Assembly (NCBI GenBank): GCA_046538485.1
Contig: JBKHIT010000071.1
Location: forward strand, 1 to 21,374
Direction: 5' to 3'
Source: Candidatus Brocadiia bacterium
GTDB taxonomy: Bacteria > Planctomycetota > Brocadiia > SM23-32
DNA length: 21,374 nt
Position numbers and translations under genes: made by a program. This document shows, piece after piece, positions 20,212 through 21,374 of this stretch. The notes below the pieces were generated by a model. That model saw nothing but the letters and a program-made list of their open reading frames with translations. It ran no database searches and was not told the DNA's origin. Positions within the stretch are counted from its first letter, which is position 1; every line of letters begins with the position of its first letter.

Positions 20212-20458
20212 CGGCTCCCGTCAGTGTTTCTTGAGTCAGCCCGACCACACATCTGCGCCGGACCTTTTGCCAACAAGCCGTTCAGCTTAGCGTCGGAGAG
20301 CAGCAGTGTAAAGCCGCTGGCATGTTGTGGAATTGGCGCTCTGGATCGCTTCGTAGTTTGGTATGGTTGCCTTTCCTCGAATTCCCTCCGGTTTGCCGTT
20401 TACTGGAGAACGCAAATTGCTCAGATTTCCTTCGGAGCCAGGTGGATCGGATAAAACG

Positions 20459-20779
20459 GTGGACTGGACTTCAGTCCGCTTGCGGGAAACGGAGACTCGA
20501 GTTCAGCCGAGCCCGTCACCGGCGGGCGAAACTGGACTTGAGACGGGCAATAGAGCACAGATGTCAGAAGTCAGAGGTCAGCGACAGATTAACAGCAACA
20601 ACAGAGGACAGAGGTCGAAGGTCAGAGGATAGCGCGCCAGCTTGCTGGCCCCGCCATACGACGGACAAACGACCGAGCCCCTGAAAGGGGCGGCTGAGCG
20701 CGGGGCGCCGGGAATTCCCAAGGAAATCGATCGCGTTCTGAACTCCAGCCCCGCAGAGCGGCGCTGAAGTCCAGTCCGC
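20459..20779. repeat. REP-doublet (REPIN)/MITE-like element with ~45-bp imperfect terminal inverted repeats
   Basis: GGACTGGACTTCAG (20461-20474) is the exact reverse complement of CTGAAGTCCAGTCC (20764-20777). Further pairing GCGGG/CCCGC and GAGTTCAG/CTGAACTC; several internal hairpins. Confidence 0.6.
20551..20629 (+). repeat. Degenerate heptamer tandem repeat (consensus CAGAGGT/A)
   Basis: TAGAGCA CAGATGT CAGAAGT CAGAGGT ... CAGAGGA CAGAGGT CGAAGGT CAGAGGA. Confidence 0.7.
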
Positions 20780-20941
20780 TTGTCTGTCAACGGTTCAGTT
20801 GCGAGGGAATCCAGCATTCTGTTCCGAAGGAAAATTAAGGAATATGCGCCCGGTTCAACGGCAGAGTCAGCCGGGATTTTCGGGGAATGTCCGGCTCCCG
20901 GGCAGCGAAAGACCGACAGCGCAAATTCCTTTCGTATCCTT

Positions 20942-20971
20942 TTGACGTGCTGATCGGAGCAGTGTTAAACT
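20942..20971 (+). promoter_or_regulatory. Putative sigma70 promoter of the downstream URO-D-like gene
   Basis: TTGACG-N18-TAAACT with extended -10 TG; an additional TATAAT at 20982-20987. Confidence 0.55.
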
Positions 20972-21034
20972 TCGTTTGCGATATAATACCTGACCCACCT
21001 CCGCTTCATCAGCCGAGAAAGAAAAGGATTGAAC

Positions 21035-21374
21035 ATGAATGGCTATGAAAGAATGATGGCCGCGCTACGAAACAAACAGCCCGACCGCGTCCCTATCTGG
21101 GAACTGATCGTTAACCGGCCGGTTATAGAAGGGCTGTACCCTGAACTCTTCGAAGGCGCGGAAAAAGCGCGGTACGAAAGAGGCAGTCAGGGCGGGTTCC
21201 GCCTCCAGGCTGATTTCGTCGAAAAAGAAAACCTCGACGGAATCACTGTCTTCGAAGACGGACAGGTCAAGGAGTGGATCAATGATAGGACATACATCGA
21301 CGAGTGGGGAATCACCTGGAAGACGGGCGACCATGGTATCCCGTATGCCGTCGAGCATCCCATTCAATCCGAGG
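21035..21374 (+). CDS. URO-D-like family protein, 5' part (runs off window)
   Basis: Manual translation MNGYERMMAALRNKQPDRVPIWELIVN...YIDEWGITWK...YAVEHPIQSE, with ER..AAL...PDRVP and DEWG..W signatures. AAAGGA RBS. Not in the ORF track. Confidence 0.9.
   Translation, partial: MNGYERMMAALRNKQPDRVPIWELIVNRPVIEGLYPELFEGAEKARYERGSQGGFRLQADFVEKENLDGITVFEDGQVKEWINDRTYIDEWGITWKTGDHGIPYAVEHPIQSE

Noticed and set aside
20220..21030. CRISPR array, group II intron remnant or coding ORFs in the long intergenic region
   Set aside because: No regularly spaced identical repeats and no domain V motif. The ORFs there are low-complexity translations of the heptamer and REP repeats.
21065..21367. 100-aa minus ORF
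   Set aside because: Antisense to the URO-D-like gene starting at 21035.

Overview
Bacterial chromosomal window, moderately GC-rich, with acid-rich proteins. The gene mix (several URO-D-like proteins, Gfo/Idh/MocA oxidoreductases, a sulfatase, a GntR/LacI-type regulator) suggests an anaerobic, possibly halophilic, PVC-type bacterium; this taxonomy is inference. Left part: a partial exported multidomain protein missed by the ORF track (<1..1367, -), two Gfo/Idh/MocA oxidoreductases, a URO-D/MtaA-fold protein, a GntR regulator, an LPG-synthase-TM flippase-like protein, a D-2-hydroxyacid dehydrogenase and an FAD oxidoreductase. Middle: cvpA-like gene, trpS with a 4Fe-4S Cys motif, a DAP-aminotransferase-like gene, a 49-codon URO-D remnant, a GT2 glycosyltransferase and an insertion-rich ppdK. 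Right: a Cys-type sulfatase, a repeat-rich intergenic region and a third, partial URO-D gene. I found no CRISPR array, rRNA, tRNA, transposase, integrase or defence system, and no clearly new multi-gene system. The best unexplained signals are non-coding: a 166-bp element bounded by 17-bp inverted repeats, a 10-bp tandem repeat inside a promoter spacer, a ~150-nt rod-like hairpin upstream of ppdK, and a ~320-bp REPIN/MITE-like element containing a heptamer array.
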